64,000 bases of DNA from Barthelona sp. PCE (GCA_040285745.1 JAUFOR010000005.1:682001-746000); one strand, 5' to 3'; counted from the first letter of the stretch, positions 37,241 through 48,170 are shown. Numbers and translations: made by a program. Notes: a model not told the origin generated them from the sequence alone.

Positions 37241-39001
37241 TCAAGTGCCATGGGTGAAGGAAACAAACCGTGCAGTTTCGTAAAACTCCCTCAAATCAAT
37301 ACATTCGTTCGCAGTATCAAAAGATGTGAACATATCGTTGAATACAATCTTAATCACATCCACGCAATAATCATTTACCTTCTTACTCGCTGCTAGGACC
37401 ACGTAAGGGTCTAGAGAGTGCAACAAAACAGTGGAATCTTTGGAAAACGGAAACTCATTTGAAATAACATTACCCGTATTTGGAACGTAAAAAACTCTGT
37501 TAGAAATCAGCGCACTTACTCCAATAAACAGAGATTCTGACAAAGGAGAGCCATCAAGCTGCACCGACTCAATTTGGCCTTCCTTTTCATTGTAACGCAG
37601 GAAATACAAACTTTCTTCTTCTGCAAAATCAAAATGCAATCCCACAACTACTTCATCAATGCAATACGGATTAACCTCAACGATGCAATCAATATCCATA
37701 TTGAGGGTAACTGTTTTTTGAACTACTCCGCTGTGATGCAGAATATGCAACACAATTCCACTCCTTTCAACCACCCACAGTCTATTTCCGTTAAGCATAC
37801 ACCTCTCGCGGACTGTTTCAGAGATCCCAGGATTCAATTTTAACACTAAATCGAGAAACCCCTTTGCTCTTCTCTGATAACGTATGGAGCCTTGAAATAC
37901 ATCATTACTTGGCTGAATATTGCTGCTCAGCAGCGACCATCCACTGTCCTCAATGTAAATTCGCTCGAAAAATCTGGGGTCTTCCATCACAACTTGATGA
38001 TTGAAAAAGTCGTGAATGACTTTATGGTGCGACAAGCTGAATAGACCTGTTTTTCCCACTTCTGCAATTGTTGCACTGCTTTGAATGCTGAATGCACATG
38101 ATTGCAGTGTAATCATATCACTTAAAAGGTGATAAACCTCGTCCTGGAGGAAAAACAATTTACCATTGAAACAAGCAAAATGCAACAGAGGATATCTGTT
38201 CAACACGTCATAAGAAGATCCATCCCTTGTATCATAACACGAAACAACATTATGCCTCCTCACAAAGAACAGATAGTGACCGATCCTTACATACTGAACA
38301 GATGGAAGTATTTCGGGCATCTCATAAGGTAATGGGGCGTATGCCTTCGAGTCACACGATTGGAAAGAGTAATACTTGCCATCTCGCTTACAAATGATTT
38401 TTTGTGATCCTTGTGTCATTTCAGCACAGCAGAACTCTTCATTCATTAAGGCATGACCCATCAAACATGGCATTCCGTCTATGTATCCGATCTTATGCCT
38501 GATTGTGTTTTCTAAGAAATCCAGTGCAATGAATACACCATCGATAATTACACCATGGAAAAGCCACGCATTTTCTATTTCATCCCCATCCTGTGACGTA
38601 ACAACACACTCCTCGGCTGTATCAACATTGTGATAAAGGATACAACGCTGGTCGTAACTGATGTAATTCTTCTCATCAAGCATGACATATCCTTGCTTAT
38701 GAGTTTCGTATTCCTTCAATACAGAAAGCGCACCACGGCCCCCATGGTCTTCTTTATAAGAAATTGAATGAACAGTTCTCGACATAAAAGTTTTGTTTCG
38801 TGATAGAAAAATGTCAGGATCAGTTACCGATACAATAAGATAATCATCATGGATCGGATTGACCAATGACGAGCTGGCATCAAATACAAGTGATGCAACT
38901 TGCTTATTCAAGGTAGGATAGTTGTTAACGCTCACACACATGTGATTACTATTTAATATGTAAGTAAAGCACTGCCCGAAATTTTCCTTTGCCCTTGGCA
39001 T
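37241..39001 (-). CDS. Hypothetical protein (586 aa), probable remote paralog of 29450..31543
   Basis: Long clean ORF, MPR start, VNPY motif and C-terminal IDLREFYETA. Confidence 0.78.
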   Translation of the reverse strand: MPRAKENFGQCFTYILNSNHMCVSVNNYPTLNKQVASLVFDASSSLVNPIHDDYLIVSVTDPDIFLSRNKTFMSRTVHSISYKEDHGGRGALSVLKEYETHKQGYVMLDEKNYISYDQRCILYHNVDTAEECVVTSQDGDEIENAWLFHGVIIDGVFIALDFLENTIRHKIGYIDGMPCLMGHALMNEEFCCAEMTQGSQKIICKRDGKYYSFQSCDSKAYAPLPYEMPEILPSVQYVRIGHYLFFVRRHNVVSCYDTRDGSSYDVLNRYPLLHFACFNGKLFFLQDEVYHLLSDMITLQSCAFSIQSSATIAEVGKTGLFSLSHHKVIHDFFNHQVVMEDPRFFERIYIEDSGWSLLSSNIQPSNDVFQGSIRYQRRAKGFLDLVLKLNPGISETVRERCMLNGNRLWVVERSGIVLHILHHSGVVQKTVTLNMDIDCIVEVNPYCIDEVVVGLHFDFAEEESLYFLRYNEKEGQIESVQLDGSPLSESLFIGVSALISNRVFYVPNTGNVISNEFPFSKDSTVLLHSLDPYVVLAASKKVNDYCVDVIKIVFNDMFTSFDTANECIDLREFYETARFVSFTHGT

Positions 39002-39297
39002 CGTAAATAAAATATAAACAAACGGTGCTCCTCAGAAAAGAAAGAGAAATACAAAAACAGTTTTAGTTTTCATCATTGTCTGTTCTTGTACTACTATGAA
39101 GTTAATTAGAGAATTTTCCACAATAAATAGTGATATAACGAGAAATCGTGAACCTGATGAATCAATCATGCTATATTGCCTTGAACAACACAAGAAATGT
39201 CTTTTCACGTACACTCACAATGAAATTTAACACTAATCTCAACACAAAAAAAGAAACTACGCTAGTGCAAAAAATACCCTTTTTCTTTTATTCTTTC

Positions 39298-40065
39298 ATG
39301 AATTCGATCATATCATGGGCATGGGCAACAATTTTACTACTGTTTGTAGTAAGTAACGCACAATTTGTTAGGCCAACAAATAAGAGCTACATAGTTGGAG
39401 ACTCAATTCCTCTCATTTTTTTTGCACACCCTGATGGTCCCAATACAGAGTGTCAGTGTGAAATCAATCATCGTAACAAACATTCAATATACTCATCACA
39501 AAGCAGTTTGTGTATGACTACAATTTTTTTCGAGGATAGTGGACAGTATGTCTTTAATTGTAAGGGTCATGAGCGCATCCTTCATGTTTATAATCGAGAA
39601 AGCCCCATAATTGATGTTAATTTCGCTGGGTATGATGCTGGAATGAGGCAGCTCATTTTTCACTTATATTCAAATATTTACCTCAGTAATGCCACTATTG
39701 AGCTTTATGACGTATCTTCACTTCAATCAATATCGGTAAAGGATCTTTCAAGCGCATTCATTGAGAACAGCACCCCTGTCAACATACAAAATTCAATAAT
39801 GGTGACAATTTCTTCACAAAACGAAACAAACCTGTTTAGGTTTGCTCTAAAGGGGAATGCTTTCGATAAACAGGTACAGTACACATCACACCTTTTCAGA
39901 CTGCGGCATTTACCCAGAAAACCAACTCCAAACAATGTACCAATTTTTGAAATATTTTTTGGTGTATTTATTACATTCATTGTTCTTTTTATCACCGTTT
40001 ATATTAAGCAAAAACTCAACATGCGCAAAGTGAATCGTTATGCAACGATATCTAGTCCTAAGTAA
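39298..40065 (+). CDS. Small type I membrane protein
   Basis: Likely start MNSIISWAWATILLLFVVSNA (signal peptide), C-terminal TM IFFGVFITFIVLFITVYI, cytosolic YATI (YxxPhi-type) motif. Confidence 0.7.
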   Translation: MNSIISWAWATILLLFVVSNAQFVRPTNKSYIVGDSIPLIFFAHPDGPNTECQCEINHRNKHSIYSSQSSLCMTTIFFEDSGQYVFNCKGHERILHVYNRESPIIDVNFAGYDAGMRQLIFHLYSNIYLSNATIELYDVSSLQSISVKDLSSAFIENSTPVNIQNSIMVTISSQNETNLFRFALKGNAFDKQVQYTSHLFRLRHLPRKPTPNNVPIFEIFFGVFITFIVLFITVYIKQKLNMRKVNRYATISSPK

Positions 40066-40411
40066 ATAGCTCATATTTGTTCTTCTGTAAAAACAATGAT
40101 TCTCCTCAATATTACATTTTCTCTCATGTTTTAGAGTGTTTTGTGGCTAATGTTGGGCTAAACAAAGAAGGATCCAATGGGCGTAAAAAGAAATCTTGCA
40201 TATCTTTTTGATTCTCCACTTTACACTTCAAAAATTTTAATAAAACTACAATTACCGTGTGCCAAAATGATACTTATACCACATGATGTTCTCCAATAAT
40301 CTGAAAATATTGTAAGCATGATTTGCAAAATCTAACCTCATTCGACAGCTTTTTAGCTTTTTTTTAGTTGGTTCAATTCGTTAATTATATAAATATACAC
40401 CTTTAAACATT

Positions 40412-42478
40412 ATGAAATCATCATTAGCATCAGCAGAGAAGAATTTCGTAAAGCAATTCGGACGAATGACATTTACATACAATGACATCAAGAACAGTGT
40501 CAGTGGCTCGGTGTTTCGCGAGTATGCACGTGCATTTCAGGCAGGTGAACCAAATTTGTCCGATGATGCTCTTGAAGCAATCACAAATGCCGTTTTAGAA
40601 TGGAGCCTGAAAAAGGGAGTCACACACTTTGCCCACTATTTCCACCCCCTTAACTCCACAACAGCAGAGAAACATGATTCTTTCTGGTCTGTTCACAATG
40701 GTAAGCTTATCCGAGAATTTAGCGCAAACGAGATCATCCGTGGTGAGCCTGACGCCAGCTCCCTTCCCTCTGGCGGCCTCCGGTCCACCTTTGAGGCCCG
40801 TGGCTATACCTCTTGGGATATCACGTGCCCTTTCTTCATCAAGAGATCGGGTAATACTAACACACTTTTCATCCCGTCCACCTTCGTCAGTGTCAACGGT
40901 GAGAGTCTTGATTTTAAGACTCCACTGGTACGCAGTGCACGTGCCATTGATACATCTGCAATGAACTTCTTAAGCCATTTTTCCGGATTTGGAGATGTTG
41001 AACGTGTGTTTTCGACATGCGGTGCTGAGCAAGAGTACTTTTTACTCGATAAAAGTGAAGTCGATAAAAGAATCGACCTGAAGCTCCTCAATAGAGCCCT
41101 CTTTGGCAAGAAAACTGAGCGCGGACAGATTTTTGAGGACCACTACTTCAGCAAACTTAGCGATGGCATTTCAAATTTCATGAGCGATATGAACAGGGAG
41201 CTATGGGAATTAGGTATTCCCTCCAAGACTCAACACGCTGAAGTCGCTGTTTGTCAGTTCGAGATGGCACCACACTTTGTCGAGACCACCCTAGCATGTG
41301 AACAGAATCAGCTCATTAAAGAGACGATGTGCAAGGTAGCACTACGCCACAATTACTTCTGTTCACTCCATGAGAAGCCCTTCTTGTCGCTGAACGGTTC
41401 CGCCGCACACATCAACTATTCCCTCTGTACGGACACCGGTGTCAACTTCCTGTCAAAGAAGAACATGCCTCTTTTCCTGGCAACTGTCGCATGTTTCCTT
41501 CGTACGGTCCACGAATACGCTGGCATGCTCCGTGCAACTGTCTCTTCACCTTCAAACGATCTGAGACTGGGCGCCAACGAGGCACCCCCCGCCATCATCT
41601 CCGTCTTCTTGGGTGAACCTCTCACTAGTATGCTTGAGATGCTTGACAGTGACTGTCCCAGCAAGGAGCTCGAGCGCCCCATCCCTGAGCAGATCAGTGA
41701 TCGAAACAGAACTTCCCCATTTGCCTTCACTGGGGCCAAATTTGAATTTCGAATGTGCGGATCAGAGACACCTATTGCAAACCCATGCTCTGTTCTGAAC
41801 ACAGCAATGGCCGAGGCATTTGATGCATTCAGTGAGGAGTTGAACGTTGTCAAGGCTGCTAACCGTCGTGCTAAGGATACTGATTTAATTTTGAAATTAA
41901 CCAACACCTGGTTCAAACGCTACGAATCCATTGTATTCAACGGAGACAACTACACTGAAGAGTGGCATGCTGAAGCCGAACAGAGAGGATTACCAAATCT
42001 TCGCACAACTGTGGATGCGTACGAGCGATACATGGATGAAAAGAACGTCCAGTTAATGAGCAAATATGACGTTCTTTCAAAAGCTGAAATGGAGAGCCGT
42101 CGTGAAATCGCCCTTGACCACTACAAAAAAATTGTCCTGCTTGAGAAATCAGTCATGGAGTCTACATTGAACCAATCTATCATCCCTTCCGCTATTCGTG
42201 CCCAGTCTTTCTTTGCTAATTCAATTCACAGTCTTGAAGAAATCGGCATCACTGCTGAGCTACAAAAAGAGAATCTCAAGGTATTTGTTGGACACGTCAA
42301 CAAGCTCATCGAATACAAGGGTGAACTCGAGGATATGGACACAAACGTTGATTCCTTCATTTGCATGGAGAAGATTCGTCCTTTTATTGGTGAAATTGGC
42401 GAACTTGTTTCAGTTATTGAGGGTCTTGCTCCATCTCATTGCTGGGAACTTCCCACTCACACCGATATCCTTTACTAG
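40412..42478 (+). CDS. glnA: Glutamine synthetase type III
   Basis: THFAHYFHPL, TAEKHDSF, GEPDASSLPSGGLRSTFEARGYTSWD, GAEQEYFL, HEKPF, RLGANEAPPAIISVFLG, DRNRTSPFAFTGAKFEFR. Confidence 0.97.
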   Translation: MKSSLASAEKNFVKQFGRMTFTYNDIKNSVSGSVFREYARAFQAGEPNLSDDALEAITNAVLEWSLKKGVTHFAHYFHPLNSTTAEKHDSFWSVHNGKLIREFSANEIIRGEPDASSLPSGGLRSTFEARGYTSWDITCPFFIKRSGNTNTLFIPSTFVSVNGESLDFKTPLVRSARAIDTSAMNFLSHFSGFGDVERVFSTCGAEQEYFLLDKSEVDKRIDLKLLNRALFGKKTERGQIFEDHYFSKLSDGISNFMSDMNRELWELGIPSKTQHAEVAVCQFEMAPHFVETTLACEQNQLIKETMCKVALRHNYFCSLHEKPFLSLNGSAAHINYSLCTDTGVNFLSKKNMPLFLATVACFLRTVHEYAGMLRATVSSPSNDLRLGANEAPPAIISVFLGEPLTSMLEMLDSDCPSKELERPIPEQISDRNRTSPFAFTGAKFEFRMCGSETPIANPCSVLNTAMAEAFDAFSEELNVVKAANRRAKDTDLILKLTNTWFKRYESIVFNGDNYTEEWHAEAEQRGLPNLRTTVDAYERYMDEKNVQLMSKYDVLSKAEMESRREIALDHYKKIVLLEKSVMESTLNQSIIPSAIRAQSFFANSIHSLEEIGITAELQKENLKVFVGHVNKLIEYKGELEDMDTNVDSFICMEKIRPFIGEIGELVSVIEGLAPSHCWELPTHTDILY

Positions 42479-42667
42479 CACATTCATACTGACTGTAAAT
42501 ACATGATGTTTGAAAAATTTTTTTGAATTTGTATCTTAAATGACACAACGCTATCTTTCGTTCATTCATGTACGCATTGGTCTTTTAATTGGCTTTATGA
42601 GTTTAACTCAGCGCTATTACTAATTTCATTTGTATTTCAAAAATTCAAGCTTATCACACAAATTTGT

Positions 42668-44092
42668 ATGGGTTCCTTTTGTTCAAGGACGCAGGAGCCC
42701 GAAGTTTTCACTCAAGAAATGTCAATTTCTCAATATTTAGAGCAAATGGCGGATAGTTGTTCGAAAGAGCTCTTCACCGAAGCATACTCCTATCTCACTG
42801 TATTTTTCTCGACTGAAATGGACAGCGAACGATATAAGGGTGTTGAAGTTTTAAAAAAAGTTGTTTATGGTCAAATTGATGGATCTAAACTAATTTTAGA
42901 TCAACCACTACCTCAAAATGGGCTTCTTGCTGCTGTTTATGTGGCACTTCTTGCTGAGAATATAAAAACCCTGGTGATAATCGATCAGAGCCTTCCAAAA
43001 ACGGAAACTGAAATGATATTCCAAGCCTTAAAAAAGTATAACAATCTTGAAGGTTTAGTTTTTGATGATTGTGACATCTTCGACGATGTTATTGCAAGCT
43101 CTCTCATTGAGTTTATTGATCATGTTAATCGTGTTGTTTCCTTTGCTGAACGGCAAAAATTTGTTGAATCATACTCAACGTCTACACCACCTTCTAACAG
43201 CCAAATTGTGGAGCAGAATCCAATGTTGAGCACGTGGTCTTCATCTGTGACATTAACACCAGATGAACCACAAGAAAAAAAAATAGTGTGTAGTCTTAAA
43301 GAGCTTCAAATTCTAAGCCACTGTATGAGTAATCGTGCGATGACAGGCCTATATTATGCTGTGTCGGAGATGCCTGTTGAGGTCCTACATATCCAAGACA
43401 ATCTGAAGTTGAACAGTCCCGAGTACTTAAACGAAAAAGAACACTATTGTGATTCGAACCTGGGTTCCTCACTGTATACTGCTAATGTGACACTTCTTAA
43501 CAGTTGGATTCGGTTCATTACCAACCAAGGAAGTGTGATTCGAGAGATCACTTTCCCAGAAGTGCTTACTGAACAGATGTGGGAGACACTGAGGATTACC
43601 TTCAACAATATCCTTTCTAAATCGTACGTCCTGAACCGGCTGGTAATGTGCATAGCAACTGAGGCCAGTCACCTCTGTTATCATCTTGTGCAGTACTTCA
43701 AATCACACCTAAATATATCAGTGCACATTGCAACCTACGATCTCTCATATATTGGATTTGAGACACATAGGAGCGTATATACAAACTTTAGTGATTCATT
43801 AACCGATTCATCCGCGATTGACAGTGATTTTACCACAAATTCACGTATCGGCAGTGATTCAATTCAGATGGCTCTTAATACCGTCGAAGAATTTCCAGAT
43901 GAAATAATGGAGTTACCAGTATCAGAGACAACAAACACAAGCGTAAATAACTCGCGATCGACAACACCACACATTGTTGGTAATCGGACTCCACAAAGAA
44001 TCTTGTTAGATAATCTTAAGGTTCATGTAGATGAATATACAACACCCCCACATAGCCCACTGGTAGATCACCCACCACCATCATTAATGTAA
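42668..44092 (+). CDS. Hypothetical protein with predicted N-terminal acylation (MGSFCS), possible RNI-like leucine-rich repeats
   Basis: Gly2/Cys5; spaced LxxLxL-type segments (IKTLVI, LEGLVF, LKELQI, VEVLHI); Ser/Thr/Pro-rich tail. Confidence 0.6.
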   Translation: MGSFCSRTQEPEVFTQEMSISQYLEQMADSCSKELFTEAYSYLTVFFSTEMDSERYKGVEVLKKVVYGQIDGSKLILDQPLPQNGLLAAVYVALLAENIKTLVIIDQSLPKTETEMIFQALKKYNNLEGLVFDDCDIFDDVIASSLIEFIDHVNRVVSFAERQKFVESYSTSTPPSNSQIVEQNPMLSTWSSSVTLTPDEPQEKKIVCSLKELQILSHCMSNRAMTGLYYAVSEMPVEVLHIQDNLKLNSPEYLNEKEHYCDSNLGSSLYTANVTLLNSWIRFITNQGSVIREITFPEVLTEQMWETLRITFNNILSKSYVLNRLVMCIATEASHLCYHLVQYFKSHLNISVHIATYDLSYIGFETHRSVYTNFSDSLTDSSAIDSDFTTNSRIGSDSIQMALNTVEEFPDEIMELPVSETTNTSVNNSRSTTPHIVGNRTPQRILLDNLKVHVDEYTTPPHSPLVDHPPPSLM

Positions 44093-44170
44093 TTGCTTTT
44101 TTTATATAACTAAAAAGATGTAAAAGTATTTCATTATTCAACCTTCTTGTATTTGGGGCCAAAATGTTTG

Positions 44171-45052
44171 ATGGATAATAAGGAAGAATTGCTTGCGCGT
44201 CTGGAAAGAGTACGCAATTCCTGGTTTGACGAAGCAAAAAAAGATTTCCAAGGGGATCCTTCTGTTTTGGATAGTTTGATACCTGAAACCAGGATTACGC
44301 GTGAGGAGTTGGAGGGTATTGCTGATCGATATGATTCACAGCGCGATTCTCAAGTAAGGATTGAGAAGAATGTGCAGGACACAGTAGTTTCCCCATTAGT
44401 ACTTAGTGAAAGCAAGCCAAGTACTGCTAAACGCACCGAAGAGTCGTTTTTCTGCCCTGTATGTCGTTCAAATTATGAAGAAGTGAAGCCACATGTTCCT
44501 GTTGTTTTGTTTCCGTGTGGACACACAATCTGTGAATTTTGTGCTAATCAGGATGGACTGCGATCCCGATGCCCCATGTGTCGTGCTAAATTTAAGAATT
44601 TTGCACAAAACTACAGTTTACTTGCTTCCTTACGTATCCTCAATTCCAATTCTCAATTGAACAGCTTTGAGGCATCAAAACTGACTGAGTTTGAGAATAT
44701 ACGTGTCAGACTGCACGCACTGTTGGATGAACAGAAATATTTAGAGGATTCAAAATTTAATTTGAGAAGAAAGCTCACAAATGCGAACATGAAGAAGCAG
44801 GAATACTTGACTCAAAAATATGAATATCAACGGGAAATTGCTAGGTTACAAGGCCTGATGCACACAATAGACAACGAAGTTGACCATTTAGAAGGTACAG
44901 AGCAAACTTTAGAAAAGGAACTTGTTAAGGTTAACTCAAACGTACGCAGAATCACTCTTTCTTTGGACACTTTAAAAAGGGATAGAAAACGAGTAAGGAC
45001 ATTGTTAACAGAACTAATCCCTCATATAGAGAGTGATGAGGAGTATTTGTAA
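44171..45052 (+). CDS. RING-HC zinc finger plus coiled-coil protein (probable E3 ligase)
   Basis: CPVC...PCGHTICEFC...CPMCR; long heptad C-terminus; first ATG at 44171. Confidence 0.88.
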   Translation: MDNKEELLARLERVRNSWFDEAKKDFQGDPSVLDSLIPETRITREELEGIADRYDSQRDSQVRIEKNVQDTVVSPLVLSESKPSTAKRTEESFFCPVCRSNYEEVKPHVPVVLFPCGHTICEFCANQDGLRSRCPMCRAKFKNFAQNYSLLASLRILNSNSQLNSFEASKLTEFENIRVRLHALLDEQKYLEDSKFNLRRKLTNANMKKQEYLTQKYEYQREIARLQGLMHTIDNEVDHLEGTEQTLEKELVKVNSNVRRITLSLDTLKRDRKRVRTLLTELIPHIESDEEYL

Positions 45053-45205
45053 ATAGTAATTGCGTGCAATCACATCATTTATTAACTTTCTGAACAGAAC
45101 AGAAATACTTTATGTGATGAACAGCACATTAAGACAGTAGAACAATAATATATAAGTGTATTTCCTTTTTCTCCGCATCTCATTAGATCTGTATTTTCAC
45201 TTAAA

Positions 45206-45469
45206 ATGCCACCCCGTAAGAATAAGCCTAAGATTCCCGTCAGATGGAACCAACTTTCAGATGCTGATGTCGAATTGTACTTAAATACATTTAATTTGGA
45301 TTATGCAAAGGGGCTTTCGACAACATCTCACTTAAGAGTTGATGCGATTGAATCTCATTTTGAGCAGCAGATTGTCCAAGAACCAGAAATTGCAGTTCTT
45401 GAATTTATTACAAAAATTCAGCCCTCTCAAGTCAAGATGGAACATGTTCCTGACATCACACATAGTTAG
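45206..45469 (+). CDS. SAP30-like Sin3-binding domain protein (87 aa)
   Basis: VRWNQLSDADVELYLNTFNL...GLS...AIESHFEQQIVQEPEIAVLEFITKI parallels the recalled SAP30 C-terminal domain (VDLFQL...RYKRHFKL..PGL...V..HF...V.EKE.L..FI). Confidence 0.65.
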   Translation: MPPRKNKPKIPVRWNQLSDADVELYLNTFNLDYAKGLSTTSHLRVDAIESHFEQQIVQEPEIAVLEFITKIQPSQVKMEHVPDITHS

Positions 45470-45564
45470 CGCTCTGTTCAAATCGCCGTATTAGCTTCAC
45501 ATGCGATACATTAAATCTCATTTTTTCTATGGAGAGAGGTTTTTAATTTTGTTGATAATCACTC

Positions 45565-45920
45565 GTTCTAGTATAGCCCGGCAGATTTTGCCACTTTAAA
45601 AGACTGCAAATGAATTTCCGTAATCGTAGGAGGTTGTAAATTTACTTCGGAGTTAGACACTTGTACGGGAGTTGCGAGCTCCCTCGAGTGCTGTGCTTGC
45701 ACTGAGAATTGTTCTAGAGCCCTTTTTTTTAAAATAAAAAGGGGAGAAAGAAATGATGTAAGTACTCACAGAGTACAAGAGGGAAGACCGCGTGTCTACT
45801 CCTCAGTAGATTTACTCCTACGAAATAGCGTGTTATTCACAAGCGTGCCGTAAAAATGTACCTGCATTAACGGCAATCAGTTTTACGCTCAAACATCAGT
45901 TAAATGGCTAGCAAGTAGAT
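45565..45920 (+). ncRNA. Putative structured non-coding RNA (~350 nt), family unassigned
   Basis: Nested complementary helices: 45625-45660 with 45792-45822; 45660-66 with 45773-79; 45686-92 with 45761-67; hairpins 45667-83, 45720-44, 45846-75; outer tagcc/ggcta. G-U pairs favour the + strand; no ORF. Confidence 0.6.
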
Positions 45921-45995
45921 AGCACTTTCTTAAAAACTTAGTGCCTTTAGTATTCAAGAAAATATCGCTTGCTTATCATATAAAAAACCTTCTCA

Positions 45996-48149
45996 ATGCA
46001 GCTGCATTGGCTGCTGTATATCACTCTTCTGGCATTTGTTCCTTTTGCATGGTGTAACTCTTTAGATTTTGTTGACTGCAGAATGAGCACAAACAACTTT
46101 GAAAAGTTTAGTTTAAAAACGTACAGAGATTATGGAAAGCACATTGACTGGTTCAAACTCGGGTTTTTTGCCTTCACAGTTAATGAAAATTGCACATCAC
46201 ATTCTCTGTGCTTGGTTGATGCAGAGCTAAATATAATTTCACACGTTTACGAAAACAGGACCCTCAGAGCGTATCACACGATGAATATCGGTCTCCATGC
46301 GGATGGCCAAGCAACTGTATATCCAATTTTGAGGCTGTATTCAAAAAATGGATGCGAATTTTTATTACTGGAACCTTATCACTATTACAATGGTTGGCCT
46401 TTCTTTTTACTTCGCATTCTTTTCTTTAGTTTTCTTTCATTCATTATTGTATGGTTTAGTCGATCAAAAATGAAGAAGGCAATTGCGTTTTCCAAAACAA
46501 TTAAGCGTATAATGACATTCATCTCTCGTTTCATATATCAGCTTTTAGACCACTTCCTCTTGCTTAGTCTGTTACAAGTTTTAGTAATGAATTTTGCGAG
46601 AATATTTGTTGATCACACTGGAATACTTCCCATCACCATAGTTATTTCCAAGTTCTTTGATAACCTCCCATTCTTCCCACGTGCAATACTACGAATCTTT
46701 TCTATCGCTTCATATTGGATTTTTACTGCTTTTTTGCGAATTGAAGAGGGGACGCGTCTCACGGCTGGATTGTGTTGGGAGTCTTTTTTGGGCTTCTACG
46801 GCACCTTGCTCATATCGTTGCTGATTGCTCCGTTCATAATATATGCGCTCTATGCCTATATGATGCGTTTTGTCCTTCCGTTCGTCGATCGAGGTTTCTT
46901 CAATATTATACATCTGTTTGTCTGTCGCTCATTGTGCCTTGCACATGTAGGTTTCATAATGGGTATTATAGCACTGGCTTCAAGTATGACACAAACAATT
47001 TTTGGTGTGATAATTTCCATATTAAGCGCTCTCTTATCATTTGTTTGGATACGGAGCGCAACCCTTCATTTAAAAAACACCAAGCCTATTTCAGCGCTGG
47101 ATCGCGAGTTTTTTGTTCGATTTTACATGGATTACACAAAGGGAAATGGAAGTGGTGAAGATATTATTTCACGTTATGAGAATATTGTCTCAATTCTATT
47201 CATGATGAGCGACATCCCCAATGAAGACTTTGTCAGTATGTTGATGAAGGACAGGGTGTACGACCGTATGAAAATGAGCGAAGGCTTTGGACGATTTGTT
47301 CTCAACCACCTGGGAATTTGGACCGAGCCCCAAGACAATTTGATCGTCTACCTTATATCACTGCGCACCAAGGGGATCAACAAGGTCTTCAACGGTATTG
47401 TGATGCGTGCTTTCTTCGAGCAACAAGTGATGTTCATGTCTGTTCTGTACCTGTTATTCCCGTTTTCTCCAATAATGTTAATGCATATCCTTGCATGCCG
47501 ACTGAATGCTGCCCCTATATATTTCAATCTTAACTTCGGTGGTCATTTGTCGCAGAAATACAATAAGGTATTCAATGCAAACCCAAGAAGATATGTTTTA
47601 TCAGTGCTGAAGTTTCTTTTTGAATTCTTTTTGATGGGGCATGCAGCCTTGGACCACTTTTCTCATTGGATAGGTCTCTATATAGTCATCATCATCATCG
47701 AGACAATTTTTGATATTGCTCGCTCTACAACCGATCGAACCTCCCTTAAATTGTTCGAAGAGCAACCTAAAGCCATTGAAAAACAAGCGTTCAGTAGAGA
47801 AACTTCTTCTGATAGCGGACTTGTTAGTGCAAACAGTGATTATTGTGGTATCGATGGTGGCAGTCTACAAGGTTCTCCGATCGGCCCAGAACTCAACTTT
47901 TTGGAAACTGAATCCGTCCACACGTTTGATTTTGATGAGAGTGAGGAAGAGGACAGACCATTTTCTTTCGAAATCGTCCATTCCAATTTTCTATCCAATA
48001 GAATAAGTAATGATTTGAATGATGGAACGAATGAGCAGTGGATACATGAAGAACCAGTCTGTGCAATTAATAACGCCAAGAATGGAACTGTAATCTCTTT
48101 TGATGCTTTCGAACTGGATGAAAATGATTACAGTGACAGCTATGGTTGA
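45996..48149 (+). CDS. Multi-pass membrane protein of unknown function
   Basis: Signal peptide, many hydrophobic segments, acidic cytosolic tail. Confidence 0.8.
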   Translation: MQLHWLLYITLLAFVPFAWCNSLDFVDCRMSTNNFEKFSLKTYRDYGKHIDWFKLGFFAFTVNENCTSHSLCLVDAELNIISHVYENRTLRAYHTMNIGLHADGQATVYPILRLYSKNGCEFLLLEPYHYYNGWPFFLLRILFFSFLSFIIVWFSRSKMKKAIAFSKTIKRIMTFISRFIYQLLDHFLLLSLLQVLVMNFARIFVDHTGILPITIVISKFFDNLPFFPRAILRIFSIASYWIFTAFLRIEEGTRLTAGLCWESFLGFYGTLLISLLIAPFIIYALYAYMMRFVLPFVDRGFFNIIHLFVCRSLCLAHVGFIMGIIALASSMTQTIFGVIISILSALLSFVWIRSATLHLKNTKPISALDREFFVRFYMDYTKGNGSGEDIISRYENIVSILFMMSDIPNEDFVSMLMKDRVYDRMKMSEGFGRFVLNHLGIWTEPQDNLIVYLISLRTKGINKVFNGIVMRAFFEQQVMFMSVLYLLFPFSPIMLMHILACRLNAAPIYFNLNFGGHLSQKYNKVFNANPRRYVLSVLKFLFEFFLMGHAALDHFSHWIGLYIVIIIIETIFDIARSTTDRTSLKLFEEQPKAIEKQAFSRETSSDSGLVSANSDYCGIDGGSLQGSPIGPELNFLETESVHTFDFDESEEEDRPFSFEIVHSNFLSNRISNDLNDGTNEQWIHEEPVCAINNAKNGTVISFDAFELDENDYSDSYG

Positions 48150-48170
48150 TCCCAACTATTTTGATGTTTA

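Noticed and set aside
45750-45790. U6 (ACAGAG), antisense U1-like (ACTTAC) and RNase P CR-I-like (GGGAAGACC) words
   Set aside because: Flanking conserved sequence and motif order do not fit those families; kept only as an unassigned structured RNA.
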